In this document: in pieces, positions 1 to 12,900 of the stretch
Position numbering within the stretch: the first letter of the stretch is position 1
Layout of the letters: each line of letters begins with the position of its first letter
DNA from: the human T2T-CHM13v2.0 reference genome, Homo sapiens
DNA: 64,000 nt
Strand: one strand, 5' to 3'
NCBI RefSeq assembly: GCF_009914755.1
Contig: NC_060931.1
Program-made: the position numbers and the translations under genes
Notes under the pieces: generated by a model
Databases searched by the model: none
What the model saw: only the letters and a program-made list of their open reading frames with translations
Told to the model about the DNA's origin: nothing

Positions 1-290
1 AGTAACTTCTTTGTGCTGTGTGTATTCAACTCACAGAGTGGAACGTCCCTTTACACAGAGCAGATTTGAAACACTCTTTTTGTGGAGTTTGCAAGTGGAG
101 ATTTCAAGCGATTTGATGCCAACAGTAGAAAAGGAAATATCTTCAAATAAAAACTAGACAGAATCATTCTCAGAAACTACTTTGTGATATGTGCCTTCAA
201 CTCACAGAGTTTAACCTTTCTTTTCTTAGAGCAGTTTAGAAACACTCTGCTTGTTATGTCTGCAAGTGGATATTTGGACCTCTTTGAGGC

Positions 291-307
291 CTTCGTTGCA
301 AACGGGG
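291..307 (+). other. CENP-B box 1 of the HOR, variant CTTCGTTGCAAACGGGG with the core intact; repeated in every HOR
   Basis: Matches NTTCGNNNNANNCGGGN and differs from the canonical CTTCGTTGGAAACGGGA only at non-core positions 9 and 17. Confidence 0.9.
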
Positions 308-632
308 TTTCTTCCTTTCATGCTAGACTAAGAAGAGTTCTCAGTAACTTTTTTGTGTTGTGTGTATTCAACTCACAGAGTTGAACCTTGCTTTAGAGAG
401 AGCAGATTTGAAACACTCTTGCTGTGGCATTTTCAGGTGGAGATTTCAAGCGATTTGAGGACAATTGCAGAAAAGGAAATATCTTCGTATAATAACCAGA
501 CAGAATCATTCTCAGAAAGTGCTTTGTGATGTGTGCGTTCAACTCACAGAGTTTAACCTTTCTTTTCATAGAGGAGTTTGGAAACACACTGTTTGTAAAG
601 TCTGCAAGTGGATATATGGACCTGTTTGAGGC

Positions 633-649
633 CTTCGTTGGAAACGGGA
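633..649 (+). other. CENP-B box 2 of the HOR, canonical; repeated in every HOR (last copy 63971-63987)
   Basis: Exact CTTCGTTGGAAACGGGA, 342 bp after box 1. Confidence 0.95.
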
Positions 650-972
650 TTTCTTCATTGAATGCTAGACGGAAGAATTCTCAGTAAATTCTTTGTGTTG
701 TGTGCATTCAACTCACAGAGTGGAACGTCCCTTTAGACAGAGCAGATTTGAAACACTCTTTTTGCGGAATTTGCAAGTGGAGATTTCTAGCCATTTGATG
801 CCAACAGTAGAAAGGGAAATATCTTCAAATAAAAACCAGACAGAATCATTCTCAGAAAATTCTTTGTGATGTGTGCGTTCAACTCACATAGTTTAACCTT
901 TCTTTTCATAGAGCAGTTTGGAAACACTCTGTTTGTAAAGTCTGCAAGTGGATATATGGACCGCATTGAGGC

Positions 973-989
973 CTTCGTTGGAAACGGGA
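973..989 (+). other. CENP-B box 3 of the HOR, canonical; repeated in every HOR
   Basis: Exact CTTCGTTGGAAACGGGA, 340 bp after box 2 and 340 bp before the next box 1 (1313). Confidence 0.95.
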
Positions 990-3900
990 TTTCTTCATTT
1001 CATGCTAGACAGAAGAATTCTCAGTAACTTCTTTGTGCTGTGTGTATTCAACTCACAGAGTGGAACGTCCCTTTGCACAGAGCAGATTTGAAACACTCTT
1101 TTTGTGGAGTTTGCAAGTGGAGATTTCAAGCGATTTGATGCCAACAGTAGAAAAGGAAATATCTTCAAATAAAAACTAGACAGAATCATTCTCAGAAACT
1201 ACTTTGTGATGTGTGCCTTCAACTCACAGAGTTTAACCTTTCTTTTCTTAGAGCAGTTTAGAAACACTCTGCTTGTTATGTCTGCAAGTGGATATTTGGA
1301 CCTCTTTGAGGCCTTCGTTGCAAACGGGGTTTCTTCCTTTCATGCTAGACTAAGAAGAGTTCTCAGTAACTTTTTTGTGTTGTGTGTATTCAACTCACAG
1401 AGTTGAACCTTGCTTTAGAGAGAGCAGATTTGAAACACTCTTGCTGTGGCATTTTCAGGTGGAGATTTCAAGCGATTTGAGGACAATTGCAGAAAAGGAA
1501 ATATCTTCGTATAATAACCAGACAGAATCATTCTCAGAAAGTGCTTTGTGATGTGTGCGTTCAACTCACAGAGTTTAACCTTTCTTTTCATAGAGGAGTT
1601 TGGAAACACACTGTTTGTAAAGACTGCAAGTGGATATATGGACCTGTTTGAGGCCTTCGTTGGAAACGGGATTTCTTCATTGAATGCTAGACGGAAGAAT
1701 TCTCAGTAAATTCTTTGTGTTGTGTGCATTCAACTCACAGAGTGGAACGTCCCTTTAGACAGAGCAGATTTGAAACACTCTTTTTGCGGAATTTGCAAGT
1801 GGAGATTTCTAGCCATTTGATGCCAACAGTAGAAAGGGAAATATCTTCAAATAAAAACCAGACAGAATCATTCTCAGAAAATTCTTTGTGATGTGTGCGT
1901 TCAACTCACATAGTTTAACCTTTCTTTTCATAGAGCAGTTTGGAAACACTCTGTTTGTAAAGTCTGCAAGTGGATATATGGACCGCATTGAGGCCTTCGT
2001 TGGAAACGGGATTTCTTCATTTCATGCTAGACAGAAGAATTCTCAGTAACTTCTTTGTGCTGTGTGTATTCAACTCACAGAGTGCAACGTCCCTTTACAC
2101 AGAGCAGATTTGAAACACTCTTTTTGTGGAGTTTGCAAGTGGAGATTTCAAGCGATTTTATGCCAACAGTAGAAAAGGAAATATCTTCAAATAAAAACTA
2201 GACAGAATCATTCTCAGAAACTACTTTGTGATGTGTGCCTTCAACTCACAGAGTTTAACCTTTCTTTTCTTAGAGCAGCTTAGAAACACTCTGCTTGTTA
2301 TGTCTGCAAGTGGATATTTGGACCTCTTTGAGGCCTTCGTTGCAAACGGGGTTTCTTCCTTTAATGCTAGACTAAGAAGAGTTCTCAGTAACTTTTTTGT
2401 GTTGTGTGTATTCAACTCACACAGTTGAACCTTGCTTTAGAGAGAGCAGATTTGAAACACTCTCGCTGTGGCATTATCAGGTGGAGATTTCAAACGATTT
2501 GAGGACAATTGCAGAAAAGGAAATATCTTCGTATAATAACCAGACAGAATCATTCTCAGAAAGTGCTTTGTGATGTGTGCGTTCAACTCACAGAGTTTAA
2601 CCTTTCTTTTCATAGAGGAGTTTGGAAACACACTGTTTGTAAAGTCTGCAATTGGATATATGGACCTGTTTGAGGCCTTCGTTGGAAACGGGATTTCTTC
2701 ATTGAATGCTAGACGGAAGAAATCTCAGTAAATTCTTTGTGTTGTGTGCATTCAACTCACAGAGTGGAACGTCCCTTTAGACAGAGCAGATTTGAAACAC
2801 TCTTTTTGCGGAATTTGCAAGTGGAGATTTCTAGCCATTTGATGCCAACAGTAGAAAGGGAAATATCTTCAAATAAAAACCAGACAGAATCATTCTCAGA
2901 AAATTCTTTGTGATGTGTGCGTTCAACTCACATAGTTTAACCTTTCTTTTCATAGAGCAGTTTGGAAACACTCTGTTTGTAAAGTCTGCAAGTGGATATA
3001 TGGACCGCATTGAGGCCTTCGTTGGAAACGGGATTTCTTCATTTCATGCTAGACAGAAGAATTCTCAGTAACTTCTTTGTGCTGTGTGTATTCAACTCAC
3101 AGAGTGGAACGTCCCTTTGCACAGAGCAGATTTGAAACACTCTTTTTGTGGAGTTTGCAAGTGGAGATTTCAAGCGATTTGATGCCAACAGTAGAAAAGG
3201 AAGTATCTTCAAATAAAAACTAGACAGAATCATTCTCAGAAACTACTTTGTGATGTGTGCCTTCAACTCACCGAGTTTAACCTTTCTTTTCTGAGAGCAG
3301 CTTAGAAACACTCTGCTTGTTATGTCTGCAAGTTGATATTTGGACCTCTTTGAGGCCTTCGTTGCAAACGGGGTTTCTTCCTTTCATGCTAGACTAAGAA
3401 GAGTTCTCAGTAACTTTTTTGTGTTGTGTGTATTCAACTCACAGAGTTGAACCTTGCTTTAGAGAGAGCAGATTTGAAACACTCTTGCTGTGGCATTTTC
3501 AGGTGGAGATTTCAAGCGATTTGAGGACAATTGCAGAAAAGGAAATATCTTCGTATAATAACCAGACAGAATCATTCTCAGAAAGTGCTTTGTGATGTGT
3601 GCGTTCAACTCACAGAGTTTAACCTTTCTTTTCATAGAGGAGTTTGGAAACACACTGTTTGTAATGTCTGCAATTGGATATATGGACCTGTTTGAGGCCT
3701 TCGTTGGAAACGGGATTTCTTCATTGAATGCTAGACGGAAGAATTCTCAGTAAATTCTTTGTGTTGTGTGCATTCAACTCACAGAGTGGAACGTCCCTTT
3801 AGACAGAGCAGATTTGAAACACTTTTTGGCGGAATTTGCAAGTGGAGATTTCTAGCCATTTGATGCCAACAGTAGAAAGGGAAATATCTTCAAATAAAAA

Positions 3901-6900
3901 CCAGACAGAATCATTCTCAGAAAATTCTTTGTGATGTGTGCGTTCAACTCACATAGTTTAACCTTTCTTTTCATAGAGCAGTTTGGAAACACTCTGTTTG
4001 TAAAGTCTGCAAGTGGATATAGGGACCGCATTGAGGCCTTCGTTGGAAACGGGATTTCTTCATTTCATGCTAGACAGAAGAATTCTCAGTAACTTCTTTG
4101 TGCTGTGTGTATTCAACTCACAGAGTGGAACGTCCCTTTACACAGAGCAGATTTGAAACACTCTTTTTGTGGAGTTTGCAAGTGGAGATTTCAAGCGATT
4201 TGATGCCAACAGTAGAAAAGGAAATATCTTCAAATAAAAACTAGACAGAATCATTCTCAGAAACTACTTTGTGATGTGTGCCTTCAACTCACAGAGTTTA
4301 ACCTTTCTTTTCTTAGAGCAGTTTAGAAACACTCTGCTTGTTATGTCTGCAAGTGGATATTTGGACCTCTTTGAGGCCTTCGTTGCAAACGGGGTTTCTT
4401 CCTTTAATGCTAGACTAAGAAGAGTTCTCAGTAACTTTTCTGTGTTGTGTGTATTCAACTCACAGAGTTGAACCTTGCTTTAGAGAGAGCAGATTTGAAA
4501 CACTCTCGCTGTGGAATTTTCAGGTGGAGATTTCAAGCGATTTGAGGACAATTGCAGAAAAGGAAATATCTTCGTATAATAACCAGACAGAATCATTCTC
4601 AGAAAGTGCTTTGTGATGTGTGCGTTCAACTCACAGAGTTTAACCTTTCTTTTCATAGAGGAGTTTGGAAACACACTGTTTGTAAAGTCTGCAATTGGAT
4701 ATATGGACCTGTTTGAGGCCTTCGTTGGAAACGGGATTTCTTCATTGAATGCTAGACGGAAGGATTCTCAGTAAATTCTTTGTGTTGTGTGCATTCAACT
4801 CACAGAGTGGAACGTCCCTTTAGACAGAGCAGATTTGAAACACTCTTTTTGCGGAATTTGCAAGTGGAGATTTCTAGCCATTTGATGCCAACAGTAGAAA
4901 GGGAAATATCTTCAAATAAAAACCAGACAGAATCATTCTCAGAAAATTCTTTGTGATGTGTGCGTTCAACTCACATAGTTTAACCTTTCTTTTCATAGAG
5001 CAGTTTGGAAACACTCTGTTTGTAAAGTCTGCAAGTGGATATATGGACCGCATTGAGGCCTTCGTTGGAAACGGGATTTCTTCATTTCATGCTAGACAGA
5101 AGAATTCTCAGTAACTTCTTTGTGCTGTGTGTATTCAACTCACAGAGTGGAACGTCCCTTTACACAGAGCAGATTTGAAACACTCTTTTTGTGGAGTTTG
5201 CAAGTGGAGATTTCAAGCGATTTGATGCCAACAGTAGAAAAGGAAATATCTTCAAATAAAAACTAGACAGAATCATTCTCAGAAACTACTTTGTGATGTG
5301 TGCCTTCAACTCACAGAGTTTAACCTTTCTTTTCTTAGAGCAGTTTAGAAACACTCTGCTTGTTATGTCTGCAAGTGGATATTTGGACCTCTTTGAGGCC
5401 TTCGTTGCAAACGGGGTTTCTTCCTTTCATGCTAGACTAAGAAGAGTTCTCAGTAACTTTTTTGTGTTGTGTGTATTCAACTCACAGAGTTGAACCTTGC
5501 TTTAGAGAGAGCAGATTTGAAACACTCTTGCTGTGGCATTTTCAGGTGGAGATTTCAAGCGATTTGAGGACAATTGCAGAAAAGGAAATATCTTCGTATA
5601 ATAACCAGACAGAATCATTCTCAGAAAGTGCTTTGTGATGTGTGCGTTCAACTCACAGAGTTTAACCTTTCTTTTCATAGAGGAGTTTGGAAACACACTG
5701 TTTGTAAAGTCTGCAAGTGGATATATGGACCTGTTTGAGGCCTTCGTTGGAAACGGGATTTCTTCATTGAATGCTAGACGGAAGAATTCTCAGTAAATTC
5801 TTTGTGTTGTGTGCATTCAACTCACAGAGTGGAACGTCCCTTTAGACAGAGCAGATTTGAAACACTCTTTTTGCGGAATTTGCAAGTGGAGATTTCTAGC
5901 CATTTGATGCCAACAGTAGAAAGGGAAATATCTTCAAATAAAAACCAGACAGAATCATTCTCAGAAAATTCTTTGTGATGTGTGCGTTCAACTCACATAG
6001 TTTAACCTTTCTTTTCATAGAGCAGTTTGGAAACACTCTGTTTGTAAAGTCTGCAAGTGGATATATGGACCGCATTGAGGCCTTCGTTGGAAACGGGATT
6101 TCTTCATTTCATGCTAGACAGAAGAATTCTCAGTAACTTCTTTGTGCTGTGTGTATTCAACTCACAGAGTGGAACGTCCCTTTGCACAGAGCAGATTTGA
6201 AACACTCTTTTTGTGGAGTTTGCAAGTGGAGATTTCAAGCGATTTGATGCCAACAGTAGAAAAGGAAGTATCTTCAAATAAAAACTAGACAGAATCATTC
6301 TCAGAAACTACTTTGTGATGTGTGCCTTCAACTCACCGAGTTTAACCTTTCTTTTCTGAGAGCAGTTTAGAAACACTCTGCTTGTTATGTCTGCAAGTTG
6401 ATATTTGGACCTCTTTGAGGCCTTCGTTGCAAACGGGGTTTCTTCCTTTAATGCTAGACTAAGAAGAGTTCTCAGTAACTTTTTTGTGTTGTGTGTATTC
6501 AACTCACAGAGTTGAACCTTGCTTTAGAGAGAGCAGATTTGAAACACTCTCGCTGTGGCATTTTCAGGTGGAGATTTCAAGCGATTTGAGGACAATTGCA
6601 GAAAAGGAAATATCTTCGTATAATAACCAGACAGAATCATTCTCAGAAAGTGCTTTGTGATGTGTGCGTTCAACTCACAGAGTTTAACCTTTCTTTTCAT
6701 AGAGGAGTTTGGAAACACACTGTTTGTAATGTCTGCAATTGGATATATGGACCTGTTTGAGGCCTTCGTTGGAAACGGGATTTCTTCATTGAATGCTAGA
6801 CGGAAGAATTCTCAGTAAATTCTTTGTGTTGTGTGCATTCAACTCACAGAGTGGAACGTCCCTTTAGACAGAGCAGATTTGAAACACTTTTTGGCGGAAT

Positions 6901-9900
6901 TTGCAAGTGGAGATTTCTAGCCATTTGATGCCAACAGTAGAAAGGGAAATATCTTCAAATAAAAACCAGACAGAATCATTCTCAGAAAATTCTTTGTGAT
7001 GTGTGCGTTCAACTCACATAGTTTAACCTTTCTTTTCATAGAGCAGTTTGGAAACACTCTGTTTGTAAAGTCTGCAAGTGGATATATGGACCGCATTGAG
7101 GCCTTCGTTGGAAACGGGATTTCTTCATTTCATGCTAGACAGAAGAATTCTCAGTAACTTCTTTGTGCTGTGTGTATTCAACTCACAGAGTGGAACGTCC
7201 CTTTACACAGAGCAGATTTGAAACACTCTTTTTGTGGAGTTTGCAAGTGGAGATTTCAAGCGATTTGATGCCAACAGTAGAAAAGGAAATATCTTCAAAT
7301 AAAAACTAGACAGAATCATTCTCAGAAACTACTTTGTGATGTGTGCCTTCAACTCACAGAGTTTAACCTTTCTTTTCTTAGAGCAGTTTAGAAACACTCT
7401 GCTTGTTATGTCTGCAAGTGGATATTTGGACCTCTTTGAGGCCTTCGTTGCAAACGGGGTTTCTTCCTTTCATGCTAGACTAAGAAGAGTTCTCAGTAAC
7501 TTTTTTGTGTTGTGTGTATTCAACTCACAGAGTTGAACCTTGCTTTAGAGAGAGCAGATTTGAAACACTCTTGCTGTGGCATTTTCAGGTGGAGATTTCA
7601 AGCGATTTGAGGACAATTGCAGAAAAGGAAATATCTTCGTATAATAACCAGACAGAATCATTCTCAGAAAGTGCTTTGTGATGTGTGCGTTCAACTCACA
7701 GAGTTTAACCTTTCTTTTCATAGAGGAGTTTGGAAACACACTGTTTGTAAAGTCTGCAAGTGGATATATGGACCTGTTTGAGGCCTTCGTTGGAAACGGG
7801 ATTTCTTCATTGAATGCTAGACGGAAGAATTCTCAGTAAATTCTTTGTGTTGTGTGCATTCAACTCACAGAGTGGAACGTCCCTTTAGACAGAGCAGATT
7901 TGAAACACTCTTTTTGCGGAATTTGCAAGTGGAGATTTCTAGCCATTTGATGCCAACAGTAGAAAGGGAAATATCTTCAAATAAAAACCAGACAGAATCA
8001 TTCTCAGAAAATTCTTTGTGATGTGTGCGTTCAACTCACATAGTTTAACCTTTCTTTTCATAGAGCAGTTTGGAAACACTCTGTTTGTAAAGTCTGCAAG
8101 TGGATATATGGACCGCATTGAGGCCTTCGTTGGAAACGGGATTTCTTCATTTCATGCTAGACAGAAGAATTCTCAGTAACTTCTTTGTGCTGTGTGTATT
8201 CAACTCACAGAGTGGAACGTCCCTTTACACAGAGCAGATTTGAAACACTCTTTTTGTGGAGTTTGCAAGTGGAGATTTCAAGCGATTTGATGCCAACAGT
8301 AGAAAAGGAAATATCTTCAAATAAAAACTAGACAGAATCATTCTCAGAAACTACTTTGTGATGTGTGCCTTCAACTCACAGAGTTTAACCTTTCTTTTCT
8401 TAGAGCAGTTTAGAAACACTCTGCTTGTTATGTCTGCAAGTGGATATTTGGACCTCTTTGAGGCCTTCGTTGCAAACGGGGTTTCTTCCTTTAATGCTAG
8501 ACTAAGAAGAGTTCTCAGTAACTTTTTTGTATTGTGTGTATTCAACTCACAGAGTTGAACCTTGCTTTAGAGAGAGCAGATTTGAAACACTCTCGCTGTG
8601 GAATTTTCAGGTGGAGATTTCAAGCGATTTGAGGACAATTGCAGAAAAGGAAATATCTTCGTATAATAACCAGACAGAATCATTCTCAGAAAGTGCTTTG
8701 TGATGTCTGCGTTCAACTCACAGAGTTTAACCTTTCTTTTCATAGAGGAGTTTGGAAACACACTGTTTGTAATGTCTGCAATTGGATATATGGACCTGTT
8801 TGAGGCCTTCGTTGGAAACGGGATTTCTTCATTGAATGCTAGACGGAAGGATTCTCAGTAAATTCTTTGTGTTGTGTGCATTCAACTCACAGAGTGGAAC
8901 GTCCCTTTAGACAGAGCAGATTTGAAACACTCTTTTTGCGGAATTTGCAAGTGGAGATTTCTAGCCATTTGATGCCAACAGTAGAAAGGGAAATATCTTC
9001 AAATAAAAACCAGACAGAATCATTCTCAGAAAATTCTTTGTGATATGTGCGTTCAACTCACATAGTTTAACCTTTCTTTTCATAGAGCAGTTTGGAAACA
9101 CTCTGTTTGTAAAGTCTGCAAGTGGATATATGGACCGCATTGAGGCCTTCGTTGGAAACGGGATTTCTTCATTTCATGCTAGACAGAAGAATTCTCAGTA
9201 ACTTCTTTGTGCTGTGTGTATTCAACTCACAGAGTGGAACGTCCCTTTACACAGAGCAGATTTGAAACACTCTTTTTGTGGAGTTTGCAAGTGGAGATTT
9301 CAAGCGATTTGATGCCAACAGTAGAAAAGGAAATATCTTCAAATAAAAACTAGACAGAATCATTCTCAGAAACTACTTTGTGATGTGTGCCTTCAACTCA
9401 CAGAGTTTAACCTTTCTTTTCTTAGAGCAGTTTAGAAACACTCTGCTTGTTATGTCTGCAAGTGGATATTTGGACCTCTTTGAGGCCTTCGTTGCAAACG
9501 GGGTTTCTTCCTTTCATGCTAGACTAAGAAGAGTTCTCAGTAACTTTTTTGTGTTGTGTGTATTCAACTCACAGAGTTGAACCTTGCTTTAGAGAGAGCA
9601 GATTTGAAACACTCTTGCTGTGGCATTTTCAGGTGGAGATTTCAAGCGATTTGAGGACAATTGCAGAAAAGGAAATATCTTCGTATAATAACCAGACAGA
9701 ATCATTCTCAGAAAGTGCTTTGTGATGTGTGCGTTCAACTCACAGAGTTTAACCTTTCTTTTCATAGAGGAGTTTGGAAACACACTGTTTGTAAAGTCTG
9801 CAAGTGGATATATGGACCTGTTTGAGGCCTTCGTTGGAAACGGGATTTCTTCATTGAATGCTAGACGGAAGAATTCTCAGTAAATTCTTTGTGTTGTGTG

Positions 9901-12900
9901 CATTCAACTCACAGAGTGGAACGTCCCTTTAGACAGAGCAGATTTGAAACACTCTTTTTGCGGAATTTGCAAGTGGAGATTTCTAGCCATTTGATGCCAA
10001 CAGTAGAAAGGGAAATATCTTCAAATAAAAACCAGACAGAATCATTCTCAGAAAATTCTTTGTGATGTGTGCGTTCAACTCACATAGTTTAACCTTTCTT
10101 TTCATAGAGCAGTTTGGAAACACTCTGTTTGTAAAGTCTGCAAGTGGATATATGGACCGCATTGAGGCCTTCGTTGGAAACGGGATTTCTTCATTTCATG
10201 CTAGACAGAAGAATTCTCAGTAACTTCTTTGTGCTGTGTGTATTCAACTCACAGAGTGGAACGTCCCTTTGCACAGAGCAGATTTGAAACACTCTTTTTG
10301 TGGAGTTTGCAAGTGGAGATTTCAAGCGATTTGATGCCAACAGTAGAAAAGGAAGTATCTTCAAATAAAAACTAGACAGAATCATTCTCAGAAACTACTT
10401 TGTGATGTGTGCCTTCAACTCACCGAGTTTAACCTTTCTTTTCTGAGAGCAGCTTAGAAACACTCTGCTTGTTATGTCTGCAAGTTGATATTTGGACCTC
10501 TTTGAGGCCTTCGTTGCAAACGGGGTTTCTTCCTTTAATGCTAGACTAAGAAGAGTTCTCAGTAACTTTTTTGTGTTGTGTGTATTCAACTCACAGAGTT
10601 GAACCTTGCTTTAGAGAGAGCAGATTTGAAACACTCTTGCTGTGGCATTTTCAGGTGGAGATTTCAAGCGATTTGAGGACAATTGCAGAAAAGGAAATAT
10701 CTTCGTATAATAACCAGACAGAATCATTCTCAGAAAGTGCTTTGTGATGTGTGCGTTCAACTCACAGAGTTTAACCTTTCTTTTCATAGAGGAGTTTGGA
10801 AACACACTGTTTGTAATGTCTGCAATTGGATATATGGACCTGTTTGAGGCCTTCGTTGGAAACGGGATTTCTTCATTGAATGCTAGACGGAAGAATTCTC
10901 AGTAAATTCTTTGTGTTGTGTGCATTCAACTCACAGAGTGGAACGTCCCTTTAGACAGAGCAGATTTGAAACACTTTTTGGCGGAATTTGCAAGTGGAGA
11001 TTTCTAGCCATTTGATGCCAACAGTAGAAAGGGAAATATCTTCAAATAAAAACCAGACAGAATCATTCTCAGAAAATTCTTTGTGATGTGTGCGTTCAAC
11101 TCACATAGTTTAACCTTTCTTTTCATAGAGCAGTTTGGAAACACTCTGTTTGTAAAGTCTGCAAGTGGATATATGGACCGCATTGAGGCCTTCGTTGGAA
11201 ACGGGATTTCTTCATTTCATGCTAGACAGAAGAATTCTCAGTAACTTCTTTGTGCTGTGTGTATTCAACTCACAGAGTGGAACGTCCCTTTACACAGAGC
11301 AGATTTGAAACACTCTTTTTGTGGAGTTTGCAAGTGGAGATTTCAAGCGATTTGATGCCAACAGTAGAAAAGGAAATATCTTCAAATAAAAACTAGACAG
11401 AATCATTCTCAGAAACTACTTTGTGATGTGTGCCTTCAACTCACAGAGTTTAACCTTTCTTTTCTTAGAGCAGCTTAGAAACACTCTGCTTGTTATGTCT
11501 GCAAGTTGATATTTGGACCTCTTTGAGGCCTTCGTTGCAAACGGGGTTTCTTCCTTTAATGCTAGACTAAGAAGAGTTCTCAGTAACTTTTTTGTGTTGT
11601 GTGTATTCAACTCACAGAGTTGAACCTTGCTTTAGAGAGAGCAGATTTGAAACACTCTCGCTGTGGAATTTTCAGGTGGAGATTTCAAGCGATTTGAGGA
11701 CAATTGCAGAAAAGGAAATATCTTCGTATAATAACCAGACAGAATCATTCTCAGAAAGTGCTTTGTGATGTGTGCGTTCAACTCACAGAGTTTAACCTTT
11801 CTTTTCATAGAGGAGTTTGGAAACACACTGTTTGTAATGTCTGCAATTGGATATATGGACCTGTTTGAGGCCTTCGTTGGAAACGGGATTTCTTCATTGA
11901 ATGCTAGACGGAAGGATTCTCAGTAAATTCTTTGTGTTGTGTGCATTCAACTCACAGAGTGGAACGTCCCTTTAGACAGAGCAGATTTGAAACACTCTTT
12001 TTGCGGAATTTGCAAGTGGAGATTTCTAGCCATTTGATGCCAACAGTAGAAAGGGAAATATCTTCAAATAAAAACCAGACAGAATCATTCTCAGAAAATT
12101 CTTTGTGATATGTGCGTTCAACTCACATAGTTTAACCTTTCTTTTCATAGAGCAGTTTGGAAACACTCTGTTTGTAAAGTCTGCAAGTGGATATATGGAC
12201 CGCATTGAGGCCTTCGTTGGAAACGGGATTTCTTCATTTCATGCTAGACAGAAGAATTCTCAGTAACTTCTTTGTGCTGTGTGTATTCAACTCACAGAGT
12301 GGAACGTCCCTTTACACAGAGCAGATTTGAAACACTCTTTTTGTGGAGTTTGCAAGTGGAGATTTCAAGCGATTTGATGCCAACAGTAGAAAAGGAAATA
12401 TCTTCAAATAAAAACTAGACAGAATCATTCTCAGAAACTACTTTGTGATGTGTGCCTTCAACTCACAGAGTTTAACCTTTCTTTTCTTAGAGCAGTTTAG
12501 AAACACTCTGCTTGTTATGTCTGCAAGTGGATATTTGGACCTCTTTGAGGCCTTCGTTGCAAACGGGGTTTCTTCCTTTAATGCTAGACTAAGAAGAGTT
12601 CTCAGTAACTTTTTTGTGTTGTGTGTATTCAACTCACAGAGTTGAACCTTGCTTTAGAGAGAGCAGATTTGAAACACTCTCGCTGTGGAATTTTCAGGTG
12701 GAGATTTCAAGCGATTTGAGGACAATTGCAGAAAAGGAAATATCTTCGTATAATAACCAGACAGAATCATTCTCAGAAAGTGCTTTGTGATGTGTGCGTT
12801 CAACTCACAGAGTTTAACCTTTCTTTTCATAGAGGAGTTTGGAAACACACTGTTTGTAATGTCTGCAATTGGATATATGGACCTGTTTGAGGCCTTCGTT

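Larger units (their letters stand above)
168..1189 (+). repeat. One representative 1022-bp HOR unit: six monomers of 171, 171, 169, 171, 169 and 171 bp
   Basis: The TCTCAG anchor occurs at 168, 339, 510, 679, 850, 1019 and 1190. Monomers starting at 168, 510 and 850 carry CENP-B boxes (B type). Those starting at 339, 679 and 1019 carry AGAAA(A/G)GGAAATATC in the same position (A type). Confidence 0.95.

Noticed and set aside
487-494. TATAAT (-10-like) hexamer and AATAAA motifs in each HOR
   Set aside because: Short AT-rich matches are expected by chance in this repeat, and there is no gene context to support promoter or polyadenylation function.
1-1022. Alternative identity as another SF1 array (chr1/5/19 or chr10)
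   Set aside because: These share the dimeric structure, but the strict 1022-bp hexamer, the EcoRI pattern and the GCTGTGGCATTTTCAGG/GAGGACAATTGC monomer fit chr7 D7Z1 better from recall. They are not formally excluded without an alignment.
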